IMG/VR virus record: IMGVR_UViG_2684623194_000001
Span: 3,803 to 67,802 of that record
DNA length: 64,000 bases
Source: a virus
Taxonomy: Duplodnaviria > Caudoviricetes
Strand: one strand, 5' to 3'
Positions 27,915 through 36,991 of the stretch are shown here, piece after piece (the stretch's first letter is position 1; each line of letters opens with the position of its first letter). A program made the translations under genes and the position numbers. Below the pieces are notes generated by a model. The model made no database searches. It saw only the letters and a program-made list of their open reading frames with translations, and was not told the origin of the DNA.

Positions 27915-29888
27915 TCACTTCTTACCCTTCCCGCCGCCGCTCGACTTACCGCCTGACGATGACGACGATTTGCTGCTGCTTGACGAGCGGCTAGAGGACG
28001 AGCCCCCAACCTTGCCGCCGTCCAAGCCCACGGCGCTGTCTCTCTCGCCAAAGCCTGCGAACGAACCCGAGCGGTCCGAATATCCACCTGCATTGCCGAA
28101 GCCGCCGCTGCGAGTGTCGTTGCGACCATAGCCGCCAGACGACGAGTTCATGCCACCGAGACCACCCAGACCGCCGAAGCCGATGGACGCGCCGCCGGCG
28201 GCAGGAGCCGCAGCTTGGGGGCCGGAAAGGCGCCCGCCGAGATATCCGCCCACGAGGCCGCCGATAGGACCAGCGACTGCGGACCCGATTAGACCACCTG
28301 CAATCCGCCCTGGCGTTAGACCAAGGCGAGACATGAGGCCGGGCTGTACCGTGGCAGAGGGCGCTGGGGTCGCGACAGCCTGTGGAGCCTGTTGCATTCC
28401 ACTCCATGGGTCGGAGACTGCCGGTCGAGCGGTAGGCATTGCGACCCGGGCCTGCGGTGCCTGTGAAGCCACCCGAGCCTGAGGCGCGTTGATCGTCGGC
28501 CGCGAACTAGGAACCGACACTTGAGCCGGGGCAGCGGTCATGGCCGCAGTCCTTGGCGCGGCAGTCGGGACGGCGACACGAGACGGAGCCGAGATCCCGC
28601 CGAGTGCGCCGGCAGGAAGCGAAGCCTCCACACTGCGAGGTGACCCAATTCTCCCGGCGAAGTTGGTAGGAGCGGCGATGCTCGGCGATGCCGTGACAGT
28701 CGGCGTCGTGATCGTTGGTGCCGCGACAGGTGCAGAGCGAACCGGTGCCTGCGAGACCATCGGGTTCACCGACGCCAGAGAGGCGTTGAGCCGTCCTTCT
28801 AGAGCACGGGGTGAACCGACCTGTCCTGCAAAGTTCGTGCGAGTCGGTACGGTCGGCGCCGTCATGGCAGGCGTGACAGCCTGCGCGGTTGTCCTAGGCG
28901 CTGCGGTTGGTGTCGTGGCCGCGGCAGCAGGCGAGATGCCGACTACGCTTCCGAGGCTGAACGGTGATGCTGGAGCCGTGCGAAGAGATGCAGCCGAACG
29001 GGTCGGCTCGAATGTACCCAGACGATCAGCGACGTTCTGCGCCTTCACACCTGACAGAGGTTGGCCGAGACCTGCCGTCACGCTCTGAGGTGCAACGCGA
29101 TCGGACAGTCTGCCTGCGGTCTGTGTTGGTCGGCTATCCGCATATCGGTCCAACATCGCTGCCGGCATCTGAGCCGGGAGGCTCGGGCCGAAGCGGGAGG
29201 CGTCTGGCGCAGCTCGTGACGCGCTCTGCATGACCTGCGTCGGACGAGCCGAGGGTGTCGGGACGCCAGTCGTCGTGTTCAGACCAATGCGCCCGCCTCG
29301 AATGGCTTGGGCTGATAGTGAGGATGGCAGCGATCCCGCCGCACTGACCGCAACAGAAGTCTGAGGCTGACCAGCGAGCGCACTAGAGAGTGTTGGCATG
29401 GGGCGCTGCGCGAACGAAGGCGTCGGGACACTGCGAGGCGCGGAGGCCATGGCGACATCAATTGCTGCCTGGGCGCCTGTTTTCTGCGTCGGCTGACGAT
29501 AACCAAGAGCCGTGCCAATGGAACGGTTCTGCGGGTCGCTATAATAGCGGTGTCCGCTGGTCGAGGTGACGTGCTGAAGACCGGACGGGAGGTTCTTCGC
29601 CGCCTTCGGTGTGGCGTAGAACGTACCGGTGTGGACCGGGCCTTTGGTCTGCACTTCGCGGATGGCCTGTTCTGCCAGATCACGATAGGCGCCGACACCC
29701 TTGGGCAAAGCTCGGCCGTAGGCGTTGAATTCTCGGCTGTTGGCGACGATTTGCTGCGGCGTCAGGCCCGTGAGTGCTGCTCGGTTGGCGATGGCGGAAT
29801 AGATCGCCTTCATATCGGCAAGGCGCTGAGCCTTAGTGCCGCTGGTCGCTTCACCCAGCACAACGTCAGTGACGGATCGAGCGACCAT
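27915..29888 (-). CDS. Cell-wall-hydrolase-like (SleB/Hydrolase_2) N-terminal domain + long Pro/Ala/Thr/Ser linker + glycine zipper
   Basis: VVLGEA...AIANRA...IVANSREFNAY...TFYATP...GHRYY motif; C-terminal IAGGLIGSAVAGPIGGLVGGYLGG. Confidence 0.65.
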   Translation of the reverse strand: MVARSVTDVVLGEATSGTKAQRLADMKAIYSAIANRAALTGLTPQQIVANSREFNAYGRALPKGVGAYRDLAEQAIREVQTKGPVHTGTFYATPKAAKNLPSGLQHVTSTSGHRYYSDPQNRSIGTALGYRQPTQKTGAQAAIDVAMASAPRSVPTPSFAQRPMPTLSSALAGQPQTSVAVSAAGSLPSSLSAQAIRGGRIGLNTTTGVPTPSARPTQVMQSASRAAPDASRFGPSLPAQMPAAMLDRYADSRPTQTAGRLSDRVAPQSVTAGLGQPLSGVKAQNVADRLGTFEPTRSAASLRTAPASPFSLGSVVGISPAAAATTPTAAPRTTAQAVTPAMTAPTVPTRTNFAGQVGSPRALEGRLNASLASVNPMVSQAPVRSAPVAAPTITTPTVTASPSIAAPTNFAGRIGSPRSVEASLPAGALGGISAPSRVAVPTAAPRTAAMTAAPAQVSVPSSRPTINAPQARVASQAPQARVAMPTARPAVSDPWSGMQQAPQAVATPAPSATVQPGLMSRLGLTPGRIAGGLIGSAVAGPIGGLVGGYLGGRLSGPQAAAPAAGGASIGFGGLGGLGGMNSSSGGYGRNDTRSGGFGNAGGYSDRSGSFAGFGERDSAVGLDGGKVGGSSSSRSSSSSKSSSSSGGKSSGGGKGKK

Positions 29889-29913
29889 CTATCCGTCCTT
29901 TCGTGCTGAACTT

Positions 29914-30197
29914 GGGAACGAGGTCGCCCCGCCTGCCGAAGCGGACGGGGCTGTGTGTGCGAGAGCGGCGTTGCAACGTTACCTCGCGGTCGGCAATACC
30001 AACCCCTTGGAACCGCTCTCACCTATGCGCCCTCTCGGGCATTCTGTCAGGACGGGCTACCTAACAATCTCCTGGCACTCCCTCACTGTCCATAGACCCA
30101 TCGGGCGCGCGCTGTTGTGCGCGCCCGACACCTCCGCCCTCCTTCGGGCCTTTCGGCTGCGGTGGAGTCTGGAGAAGGCGCTTTAGAACCTCGTCCC
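29914..30197 (-). ncRNA. Candidate large structured RNA (~285 nt), family unknown
   Basis: Closing helix GGGACGAGGU/ACCUCGUUCCC enclosing many hairpins with GAAA, GAGA, GCGA and UUCG loops on the minus strand; no credible ORF. Confidence 0.7.
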
Positions 30198-30238
30198 GTT
30201 TCTGGCCATCGGAGTTTGCCATGGAAAACCTATCGAAA

Positions 30239-30481
30239 TCAGAGGCGCGCGATTTGGCGAGTGCGATGGAATTCGAGAAAACTTAATGCTTCTCGCTCAG
30301 CTGATTGAGCCCTCACTCCTCCAGAGCAAGGATTGTTCAGCGCTCGATCCAATAGCTCGAAAGCTAGGGTTGGCGGTACAGATCCCGTTCCATCCTCCCC
30401 AATGAACCCAGACTCTTCCAAGGCCTCAATGAGGCGAGCCATCATGCCAGCAGTGATCTCTATATCCAGATCCTGACGCAT
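30239..30481 (-). CDS. Small hypothetical protein between the tRNA and the structured RNA
   Basis: 80 aa ORF with RBS AGGA. Confidence 0.45.
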   Translation of the reverse strand: MRQDLDIEITAGMMARLIEALEESGFIGEDGTGSVPPTLAFELLDRALNNPCSGGVRAQSAEREALSFLEFHRTRQIARL

Positions 30482-30505
30482 GAAATCTTTCCTACGCTTC
30501 GATCT

Positions 30506-30582
<77 letters not shown>

Positions 30583-30665
30583 GAACTGATGGATTTAACG
30601 GCGTTTCTCGCCTTGGGCGCACCACGCCATCTTAAAAACGAACTTGGAGCAAACGCGATCGCTAG

Positions 30666-31265
30666 TCAACCCCTCTTTTGTGACATGATGGTGCGGTGGA
30701 TGGCATTGCAGCCAATGCGCAGCGAGCCGACGAGAGCCGCCGACATCTTGTCCTCGCAGACAATGGTTTCGAGCGCCATGATGGACATCGCATCAGCATC
30801 GAGACACACGCGGCGGATCTCGGCATACCGTGCTCGCGATCGTGCGCAATGTTGCGCGTAGGCATCGCTTTCGTTATCCACCCCAATGTGACGGCCACCG
30901 CCCGATAGCTCGGAGCTAGAGCGAGGCGAAGGCGGTGCAGAGATGGCCGAGAGGTAAGCCTTGCGACGACGGGCGAACTCCATGCCCGCCTCATACACAG
31001 CTTCAGCCATCCCCTCTTTGCCTCGAACAGGACCAAGCTCGCCTTGGAGGTACATGCGGCCGAAGACAGACCCGGCCTTGTCGGACAGGGCGTCATTGGC
31101 TGCGATGCCGAAGAGGCGAACACGGGCGGCCGTGGCGACCGACACGATGTCCTTCTGCTTCTCGATAGCAGCGTGGTTCACGTCACCAGAGGGATAGCGG
31201 GGGACGCCCAGCTTCTTGTTGTGGCCGCCTCGACCGCGCTTCTTCTTTTCGCTGGCGGTTCTCAT
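30666..31265 (-). CDS. Putative late-gene regulator (Q-position protein)
   Basis: Last gene of the early-right operon before the tRNA and late genes; basic N-terminus. Confidence 0.5.
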   Translation of the reverse strand: MRTASEKKKRGRGGHNKKLGVPRYPSGDVNHAAIEKQKDIVSVATAARVRLFGIAANDALSDKAGSVFGRMYLQGELGPVRGKEGMAEAVYEAGMEFARRRKAYLSAISAPPSPRSSSELSGGGRHIGVDNESDAYAQHCARSRARYAEIRRVCLDADAMSIMALETIVCEDKMSAALVGSLRIGCNAIHRTIMSQKRG

Positions 31266-31471
31266 GCGGAGGGCTCCAAAACGCGGTAAGCTACGATCTC
31301 ATGCCCGAACATGGCCTCCGGCTCCCAAACCCAGTGGCTATTTCGCGGGTCTTGGGCATGCCATTCACCAGCGAAATCGTTGAGCATACAGCCGTCCTCA
31401 AATCGAATATCGACGGCTGTCTGTGGCGCAACTGGCAGCGCCTTGCCATCATGCTTAATCCAACCGCTCAT
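31262..31471 (-). CDS. Small hypothetical phage protein
   Basis: GWIKHDG...IVAYRV; coupled starts and stops. Confidence 0.65.
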   Translation of the reverse strand: MSGWIKHDGKALPVAPQTAVDIRFEDGCMLNDFAGEWHAQDPRNSHWVWEPEAMFGHEIVAYRVLEPSA

Positions 31472-31620
31472 GCCACCTCCCTCACGCTGTACGCTTTCCC
31501 GCCGTGCTCAAAGGCCCCGGCCTTGATGATGTTGAGCAACCGACGCTCGGAGACGCAGGCCGACATGACGAGGCCTAAGCATACACCAGGCACAGTCAAA
31601 ACAGCGACAAGTGAAGCCAT
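31468..31620 (-). CDS. Small membrane protein
   Basis: MASLVAVLTVPGVCLGLV; coupled to neighbours. Confidence 0.5.
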   Translation of the reverse strand: MASLVAVLTVPGVCLGLVMSACVSERRLLNIIKAGAFEHGGKAYSVREVA

Positions 31621-32084
31621 CAATCCACCTCTTCGCGGCCAAGAGGCAGCACCGGGATTGAGTACTTCTGTGCTTTCTCGGGCCAGACGCGGAGAGCATG
31701 AATGATTGTCGTATGGTCTCGATCGAACAAGCGCCCGATCTCTGACAAGCTCATCCATGAGCAACGACGAGCGACTTCGTAGATCGCCTCGTATCGAGCG
31801 ATGACGACTGACTGAGCGCGGCTTGGCCCCAGCAGAGCTTGCATGGGCATGTCTCTGCGCTTGGAGACCTCAGCCATGGTGCCGCGAGCGGAAACCCTCG
31901 CGCCAGTCTCCATGTCCTTAAGCGTCTCTTTCAGTTCGGCTATCTTCTCGTCTTTTGCGGCGAGCTGCTTGCGAAGCTGCGCAACGATCTGCGAGGCGTT
32001 GGCGGCGGCCTCAATCGCAGCCGCATCCAGCGCGCGTCTCTCTCGGATGCTGGCGTTAATTTTGGTGGCGGATGCGGAGATCAT
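31620..32084 (-). CDS. Protein with a DnaA C-terminal-like HTH domain
   Basis: SLSEIGRLFDRDHTTIIHA matches the DnaA domain IV signature. Confidence 0.8.
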   Translation of the reverse strand: MISASATKINASIRERRALDAAAIEAAANASQIVAQLRKQLAAKDEKIAELKETLKDMETGARVSARGTMAEVSKRRDMPMQALLGPSRAQSVVIARYEAIYEVARRCSWMSLSEIGRLFDRDHTTIIHALRVWPEKAQKYSIPVLPLGREEVD

Positions 32085-32749
32085 GCTCCCATGCTCCTAT
32101 GGTCGTTGGAAAAGATGAGGGGTGCGGCGGCAACCAGCTCGGCGCGGATCGCCTGAGCAACCTCGCGGTGCTCCTTCTGCGTTCCCTCCGCCTCGCGCTG
32201 GTCGAGGTAGTGCAACCAGGAGCGGAAGGTGCCGGACATGTAGAGGGTGGAAGGCGTCAGCCCCTCAGGCAGAACGGCGCGGGCGACTTCCTTGGCGATG
32301 CCATTCTGAATTGCCCACTCATAGGCTGCAGCACACGCATCCGCGACGTGCATCTGCCGTAGCTTCCACTCGTGATATACCTCGCTGTCATCATCAATAT
32401 CGACGCTTGCTTGCCGGTTCGTAGGGTGTTGCCCCCGTGCTTCCCGCAAGACCGGCTCGACGCTGGCCTCGGCATATCGCTGGCTGAACTCCTGGAAGGA
32501 GAACGAGCGGTGGCGAAGCATCTGACGGGCGGTATCGCGTGTTGTGATCACCTCCAGCGTGGCTGACGCCATCTCCGCAGGGGACCAGTGCTTGTTTCGG
32601 ATGAGGTAGGCCAGCAAACGCGCATCGGTCTCGCGGTTGGCCTGGTTGCCGGGGTTGGAGACGCGGGCGGCGTAGACGATGAACTCTTCGGCCGTTTTGC
32701 ATTCCGGCACGAGAGGCTGGGTGATGGCGACGAGACGGGCGGTGTTCAT
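32081..32749 (-). CDS. thyX: FAD-dependent thymidylate synthase
   Basis: RHRSFSFQEFSQRY ThyX motif, HWSP.E, ARAVLP, TQKEHR. Confidence 0.95.
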   Translation of the reverse strand: MNTARLVAITQPLVPECKTAEEFIVYAARVSNPGNQANRETDARLLAYLIRNKHWSPAEMASATLEVITTRDTARQMLRHRSFSFQEFSQRYAEASVEPVLREARGQHPTNRQASVDIDDDSEVYHEWKLRQMHVADACAAAYEWAIQNGIAKEVARAVLPEGLTPSTLYMSGTFRSWLHYLDQREAEGTQKEHREVAQAIRAELVAAAPLIFSNDHRSMGA

Positions 32750-33429
32750 TAGCTGGCCTTCTGCATTTGGAAAGTGTCGATGGCGGGAAGCTTGGCGAAG
32801 GTACCCGTCTTGGCCGGCGCATCAGGGATGCCAGCGGCGTCTAGGGCTTCCTTCGTGATGGGGTTGGGATCGACATAGGCGGGGATGATGCTCTGGCCTT
32901 GGGTTCGTTCTGCCAGAGCGCCAGCCTTCAGCCGGGCGATAGCCGCCTCTCCGCGAGCGCGAGCTTCCGGCGAGAGAGGCCCATAGCCTTCAGCCTCGCT
33001 ATCGAGCTGGCGCTGTTCGTCGGCCATCTTCCGAGCACGGCCTAGCTTCAGGCGCCAGGGGTCCACGATGCGGGCCAACTCGCGACCAACCATCGCGGCC
33101 TTCGGCATGAAATCCGGGTTGTGGCCTTCGACAGAGCCACGAATGAAGTTCGTGCCCGCGTCGATGATCGCCCAGACGGGGTAGCCCCTCATCGCGAGGA
33201 GATAACCGTTGTTCAATTCGACACGCTCTTCGGCTTTCGAGGGCGGCGCGAACGCGAAGTGCCGATAGAGCTTTTCAAGTGTCCTGAGGCACTGCTCTTC
33301 GTTCGCGGCTTCGAGGATGCGATCAAGCCGCATAACCTCAATTTGGAGGTTGCTCTGCGCGCCCATCGCGATCAGGTCCACGACCCGGGCGGTGGCGATG
33401 CGGTTAGTGATTATGGTTGGCACGGACAT
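32749..33429 (-). CDS. Replication-associated protein (helicase-loader position)
   Basis: Follows the initiator gene; YPVWAI...FMPK motif. Confidence 0.5.
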   Translation of the reverse strand: MSVPTIITNRIATARVVDLIAMGAQSNLQIEVMRLDRILEAANEEQCLRTLEKLYRHFAFAPPSKAEERVELNNGYLLAMRGYPVWAIIDAGTNFIRGSVEGHNPDFMPKAAMVGRELARIVDPWRLKLGRARKMADEQRQLDSEAEGYGPLSPEARARGEAAIARLKAGALAERTQGQSIIPAYVDPNPITKEALDAAGIPDAPAKTGTFAKLPAIDTFQMQKAS

Positions 33430-34195
33430 CGATCGTCATCCCTGGGTCATTGCGCCAATCGTTAGGGTTTGAAGGTTGCCTCGCGGCGAGCATTTCCCTG
33501 GTCGTTTCAATCATCAGGTCTGCGCCGGAAGGCTTTGAAGAAGCTCGGGATACATCTCGGCAAGCCGCAGCGATCCATGACGCCGGCTCGCCTATCCGGT
33601 CGATTTCGGCTTGCCGAATTTTCGTGAGAACTAGCCTGCAATCGTCCTTGGCGTCGCGAAGGCATTTCCCAATGAAGGACTTGGATGCTTGGATCGTCTT
33701 CCCCGTCTGGCGAGCAAGGCTTTCTGCTCCTTCAGTCCAAAGAAGATCACGATAATCTTTGGCCGACGCGGCGGAAGTCGCGGCAGATGCGTTAGCATCT
33801 GATATTTCTGTATCTGTATCTGCCTCTGGGCGTTTATCAGAGTTCGCTTGCGTTCGCTTGCGTTCGCGCCACTGTTTAGCCCGTTCAGCAGCGCCATCTT
33901 CCCTTTTGGGTTGCCGCTTATCCCAACCCGTAAGCTTCATGCCATCAAGGACCTTGCCTTGCATGGCATCGGTAATTGCGCGGACATCTTCGATTTCCAT
34001 GTCAAGCGCTGCGGCAACATCCTCATCTTCCCATGATGTCAGTTCGCCGCGTTCGTTTGCGTTCGCACTGGCGTTCGTCATCATGAAAATGAATACGGAG
34101 AGAACAGCGGTGATGGGCTGACCAGACCGGCGGGCTACGGAGCGCCACTTCGGGTCGGTCGGCATATCGTGCCAAAGGCGGACCCAATCAGTCAT
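33404..34195 (-). CDS. Phage replication initiator (O-like)
   Basis: WVRLWHDMPTDPKW N-terminus, WDKRQ...AERAKQWRERKR, DTDTE linker, internal short repeats. Confidence 0.75.
   Translation of the reverse strand: MTDWVRLWHDMPTDPKWRSVARRSGQPITAVLSVFIFMMTNASANANERGELTSWEDEDVAAALDMEIEDVRAITDAMQGKVLDGMKLTGWDKRQPKREDGAAERAKQWRERKRTQANSDKRPEADTDTEISDANASAATSAASAKDYRDLLWTEGAESLARQTGKTIQASKSFIGKCLRDAKDDCRLVLTKIRQAEIDRIGEPASWIAAACRDVSRASSKPSGADLMIETTREMLAARQPSNPNDWRNDPGMTIDVRANHNH
33784..33867. repeat. Iteron-like repeats / candidate phage origin inside the initiator gene
   Basis: Palindrome CAGATGC-gtta-GCATCTG, TCTGTA tandem, GTTCGCTTGC tandem; more GCGTTCG copies near 34049-34077. Confidence 0.45.
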
Positions 34196-34694
34196 CAGAC
34201 TGGTCCTCCCTGTGCATGGTCAGCAAATTGCGCATGACCTCATCCGCACAATCGAAAGCGGATCGGTGAATATCGGAACCTGTAAACCGCAAAACCCTCC
34301 AGCCAGCAGCTTGCATCTCCCTATCTCTACGCCGATCGCGAGATACGGTTTCTTTCGTGATGTTGTGGAACGCATGGCCGTCGCACTCCACAACAACCAT
34401 CTTTTTGTCATTTGCAATGTAAAGCCCTGCAACAAAATCGGCTCTGTACCCTAGCAAATCAACTTGAGGGGTAATGTAGAAAACGGCCTTGCTGCCGGAC
34501 CTAAGGTTTGCCTGGGACTTCGGGAAAATTTCCACATCGACGCCCGCCGATCTGGCAGCCATAACAAAGGCCACCCCGAATGCCACCTCAATTGGGCTCT
34601 CACAATACTGTTCGAATTGCTCTTCAAGCTCATAGGCAAGGTCGGCATTGTAATCGATTAACGACTGGAAAAAGCCGTTGGGAAGCTTGCTCAT
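34188..34694 (-). CDS. DUF559/Vsr-like endonuclease domain protein
   Basis: YRADF...VVECDGHAFH...RDRRRD...GWRVLRFTGSDI. Confidence 0.85.
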   Translation of the reverse strand: MSKLPNGFFQSLIDYNADLAYELEEQFEQYCESPIEVAFGVAFVMAARSAGVDVEIFPKSQANLRSGSKAVFYITPQVDLLGYRADFVAGLYIANDKKMVVVECDGHAFHNITKETVSRDRRRDREMQAAGWRVLRFTGSDIHRSAFDCADEVMRNLLTMHREDQSDD

Positions 34695-35020
34695 GACGCC
34701 CTCACGATCTCGACTTCGACGCCGAAGAGCGCTCGGACGAGCCTCCGCTTGAGGGCGGACACGGGCGTGTCCATCCCCTTCACGTCCTCGACGCGCTGGC
34801 GCTTCTGGCGGTTGTCCCAATAGGAGAAGTCCGCCCGATAGGTGCAGACGACCACGGCCTTGTCGCCTACGGTGCAGGCGAAAGGCTCTTGCAGCTTCAA
34901 GTCCGATATCTCGCCGGCACGCTCCAGCAACCGCAGCTCCATGAAGCGGCGGGCCTCGGCCTTACTGTCGAACGTGATGCCGTCTACTTCCGTCTTCTGA
35001 GCGCGGTATTTGTTCTTCAT
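34691..35020 (-). CDS. DUF1064 family protein
   Basis: NKYRAQKTEVDGITFDSKAEARR...YRADF.Y...VEDVKG. Confidence 0.88.
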   Translation of the reverse strand: MKNKYRAQKTEVDGITFDSKAEARRFMELRLLERAGEISDLKLQEPFACTVGDKAVVVCTYRADFSYWDNRQKRQRVEDVKGMDTPVSALKRRLVRALFGVEVEIVRAS

Positions 35021-35238
35021 CAGGCACCTACCGGCATCTGAGCAACGGAGGCTTTGGTGGTGCGCAGGGCGTCATAGATGTTGGACTTGCACGAGACACG
35101 CTCGAAGCGGTCCAGGAGCGCATCCGCAATCTCGTCGTAGCTCGCGCCATCAGCTTTCATAGAAGCGGCGAGAGTGATCTCGTCGTCGCTCCAGCGGCGA
35201 TGTTGGCGCTCTGCGCCGGCATAGGGGATACGGCGCAT
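35020..35238 (-). CDS. Small HTH-like protein
   Basis: RWSDDEI...GASYDEIA. Confidence 0.6.
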   Translation of the reverse strand: MRRIPYAGAERQHRRWSDDEITLAASMKADGASYDEIADALLDRFERVSCKSNIYDALRTTKASVAQMPVGA

Positions 35239-35241
35239 GAA

Positions 35242-35490
35242 TCAGGCCTCCGAAGCCATGCCGAGGGCTTCGAGGTAGAGATCGAGAATGGCAGACTGCT
35301 CCTGCCGCTCCTGTGCGTCCTGCTTGCGCAGCGACACGACCTTGCGCAGCACCTTCGTGTCGAAGCCGTTGCCCTTCGCCTCGGCGTAGACATTGGCGAT
35401 GTCTTCGGAGATGGTGGCCTTCTTGGTTTCGAGATTTTCGATGCGCTCGATGATGGAGCGGATCTGGTCTTGTGCGACGGCATCGGTCAT
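35242..35490 (-). CDS. DUF2312/GapR-like DNA-binding protein
   Basis: [12 protein letters not shown]...[22 protein letters not shown]...[10 protein letters not shown]. Confidence 0.88.
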   Translation of the reverse strand: MTDAVAQDQIRSIIERIENLETKKATISEDIANVYAEAKGNGFDTKVLRKVVSLRKQDAQERQEQSAILDLYLEALGMASEA

Positions 35491-35514
35491 GGCGTTGACT
35501 CCTCGTTGTCTCGT

Positions 35515-35865
35515 TCAGGAAAGCGTTCGCGCCTTCGCGTCAGCCGCCTTCGCAGCCAGCTCGCGAACCGCTGCTTCAGCGCGCTCCACAGCATCGGTTT
35601 CTCCCAGGGTGGCTCGTTCGATTGCGAGCTCGTGCTGAAGCTTGGAAATCTGCCGCTCGACTTCAGCGAGGTATGCGGCGCGGATACGGGAGAAGAGACC
35701 CGCTTCGATGGTCTTGTTTCGGCCCTTGCGAAGCCGCTCCACCTGCCAGACAGTGAGCCCATAGCGGCGGGCGATGCGGGCCATGGCGCCCGATAGATCG
35801 CCCTCCCCGCGAGCTTCGCGCTCGACCATGACCTTCACGTAATTGGATGCGGTAGCTGCTGGCAT
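35515..35865 (-). CDS. Hypothetical regulator (CII position)
   Basis: HTH-like segment plus coiled coil, downstream of cro. Confidence 0.5.
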   Translation of the reverse strand: MPAATASNYVKVMVEREARGEGDLSGAMARIARRYGLTVWQVERLRKGRNKTIEAGLFSRIRAAYLAEVERQISKLQHELAIERATLGETDAVERAEAAVRELAAKAADAKARTLS

Positions 35866-36100
35866 GGCGGGTGCCTCACGCCCTGAATTCGGGTGCGTCA
35901 CGCTCGGTCTCCAGTGTCATCTTCGGGACATGGAGACGGACCGATTTGGTTTTTCGGGCTACCTGGAAGCGCGCATCTGGGGAGATCGGCGCAACCGGGA
36001 ACGAATGGAGAAAGGCGCGGCGGGGACGCGAGACAAAACCCCGCCGCTCAGACACGGCCACAGGACGAGAGAGGAAACTGCAGCCGATGGAGGAGCGCAT

Positions 36101-36415
36101 TCAGACAGTCTCCCGGGTATCGACGGGAGCCAGCAGTTTGCGAAACTGGTCTAGGCGTGTTTCGGAGAGAGGCCGGAAACGGCGAGCATCGAAGCCGGCG
36201 AAAAAATAGACGCCCCGTTCATGCCGCCGCTTGATCTCAGACAGAATGAGAAGAGGAGCGCTTGTTCTGTGGTGAGCCTCAATGGCGGAGACGGTGTAAA
36301 CCGTTCCCTTTTGAAGCCCGTCCAAACAGTTTGTAGTCAAAACTCCAGGACCATTGAACCCAATCAAGCTGTCATTCACGCACACACACCGCATGCCGGG
36401 TTGCCACACGGTCAT
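36101..36415 (-). CDS. Hypothetical phage protein
   Basis: WQPGMRCVCVND...FRPL motif. Confidence 0.6.
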   Translation of the reverse strand: MTVWQPGMRCVCVNDSLIGFNGPGVLTTNCLDGLQKGTVYTVSAIEAHHRTSAPLLILSEIKRRHERGVYFFAGFDARRFRPLSETRLDQFRKLLAPVDTRETV

Positions 36416-36416
36416 C

Positions 36417-36617
36417 TCAGTGGCTCCGCGCTGCGTTGCGACGAGCCTCGTCAATGAGGCTGTTCACCTGCTTGCGGCCGTGAACCGTGTCCTCTCCGTA
36501 CAAGCGGACTGTGATCTGCGAGATCGACAGCTCTTGCTGCTGGTAGAGGGCATAGACCTGCGTTGCGAGGGAGATGCCGCCGTGACGGGTGATGTTGGCT
36601 TCGTGGTGGCGGGTCAT
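36417..36617 (-). CDS. Small HTH-like hypothetical protein
   Basis: Coupled to the cro stop. Confidence 0.5.
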   Translation of the reverse strand: MTRHHEANITRHGGISLATQVYALYQQQELSISQITVRLYGEDTVHGRKQVNSLIDEARRNAARSH

Positions 36618-36877
36618 GCTGCGACGCCGGGGCGCATGGCGGCTTGAACGCTGCGTGACCGCAGAAAAGCAAGCCGCGTGAGATGCATGTCAGAAGCCGT
36701 GACCTTGCCATCGCTGATCTCAACGATCTTAGCGACTACGTCGGCATCTGGTCTGCTACGGCCAGTTTCCCAGCGCCAGATTGTGCCGGCGCCTGAGGCG
36801 TCATCGAGGCCGAGGGCTTCCGCAACCCTACGGGCGCTCAAGCCTGCCTCTTCTCGCCAATCCTTTAGAGACTTCAT
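36614..36877 (-). CDS. cro: Cro-like HTH repressor
   Basis: XRE HTH (TIWRWETGRSRP), divergent from cI. Confidence 0.85.
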   Translation of the reverse strand: MKSLKDWREEAGLSARRVAEALGLDDASGAGTIWRWETGRSRPDADVVAKIVEISDGKVTASDMHLTRLAFLRSRSVQAAMRPGVAA

Positions 36878-36904
36878 TCCAAGGGCTCCAGTGTGGAGGC
36901 CTTA

Positions 36905-36972
36905 ATATCGCACATTCTGCGATATCTTCAAGTTGGAACATCAAATTTCATGCGATACGCATTTTCTGCGAT
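36905..36972. promoter_or_regulatory. cI/cro operators, consensus ATCGCA-N5-TGCGAT (three sites)
   Basis: Perfect site at 36907-36923; degenerate sites at 36940-36956 and 36956-36972. Confidence 0.75.
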
Positions 36973-36991
36973 GGCTGGTAGCGGTTGTGGC

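Noticed and set aside
29810-30308. Short ORFs across the structured region (29810..30022, 29836..30186, 30117..30308)
   Set aside because: No RBS or coupling and atypical composition; dense pairing with one-strand tetraloops fits an RNA better.
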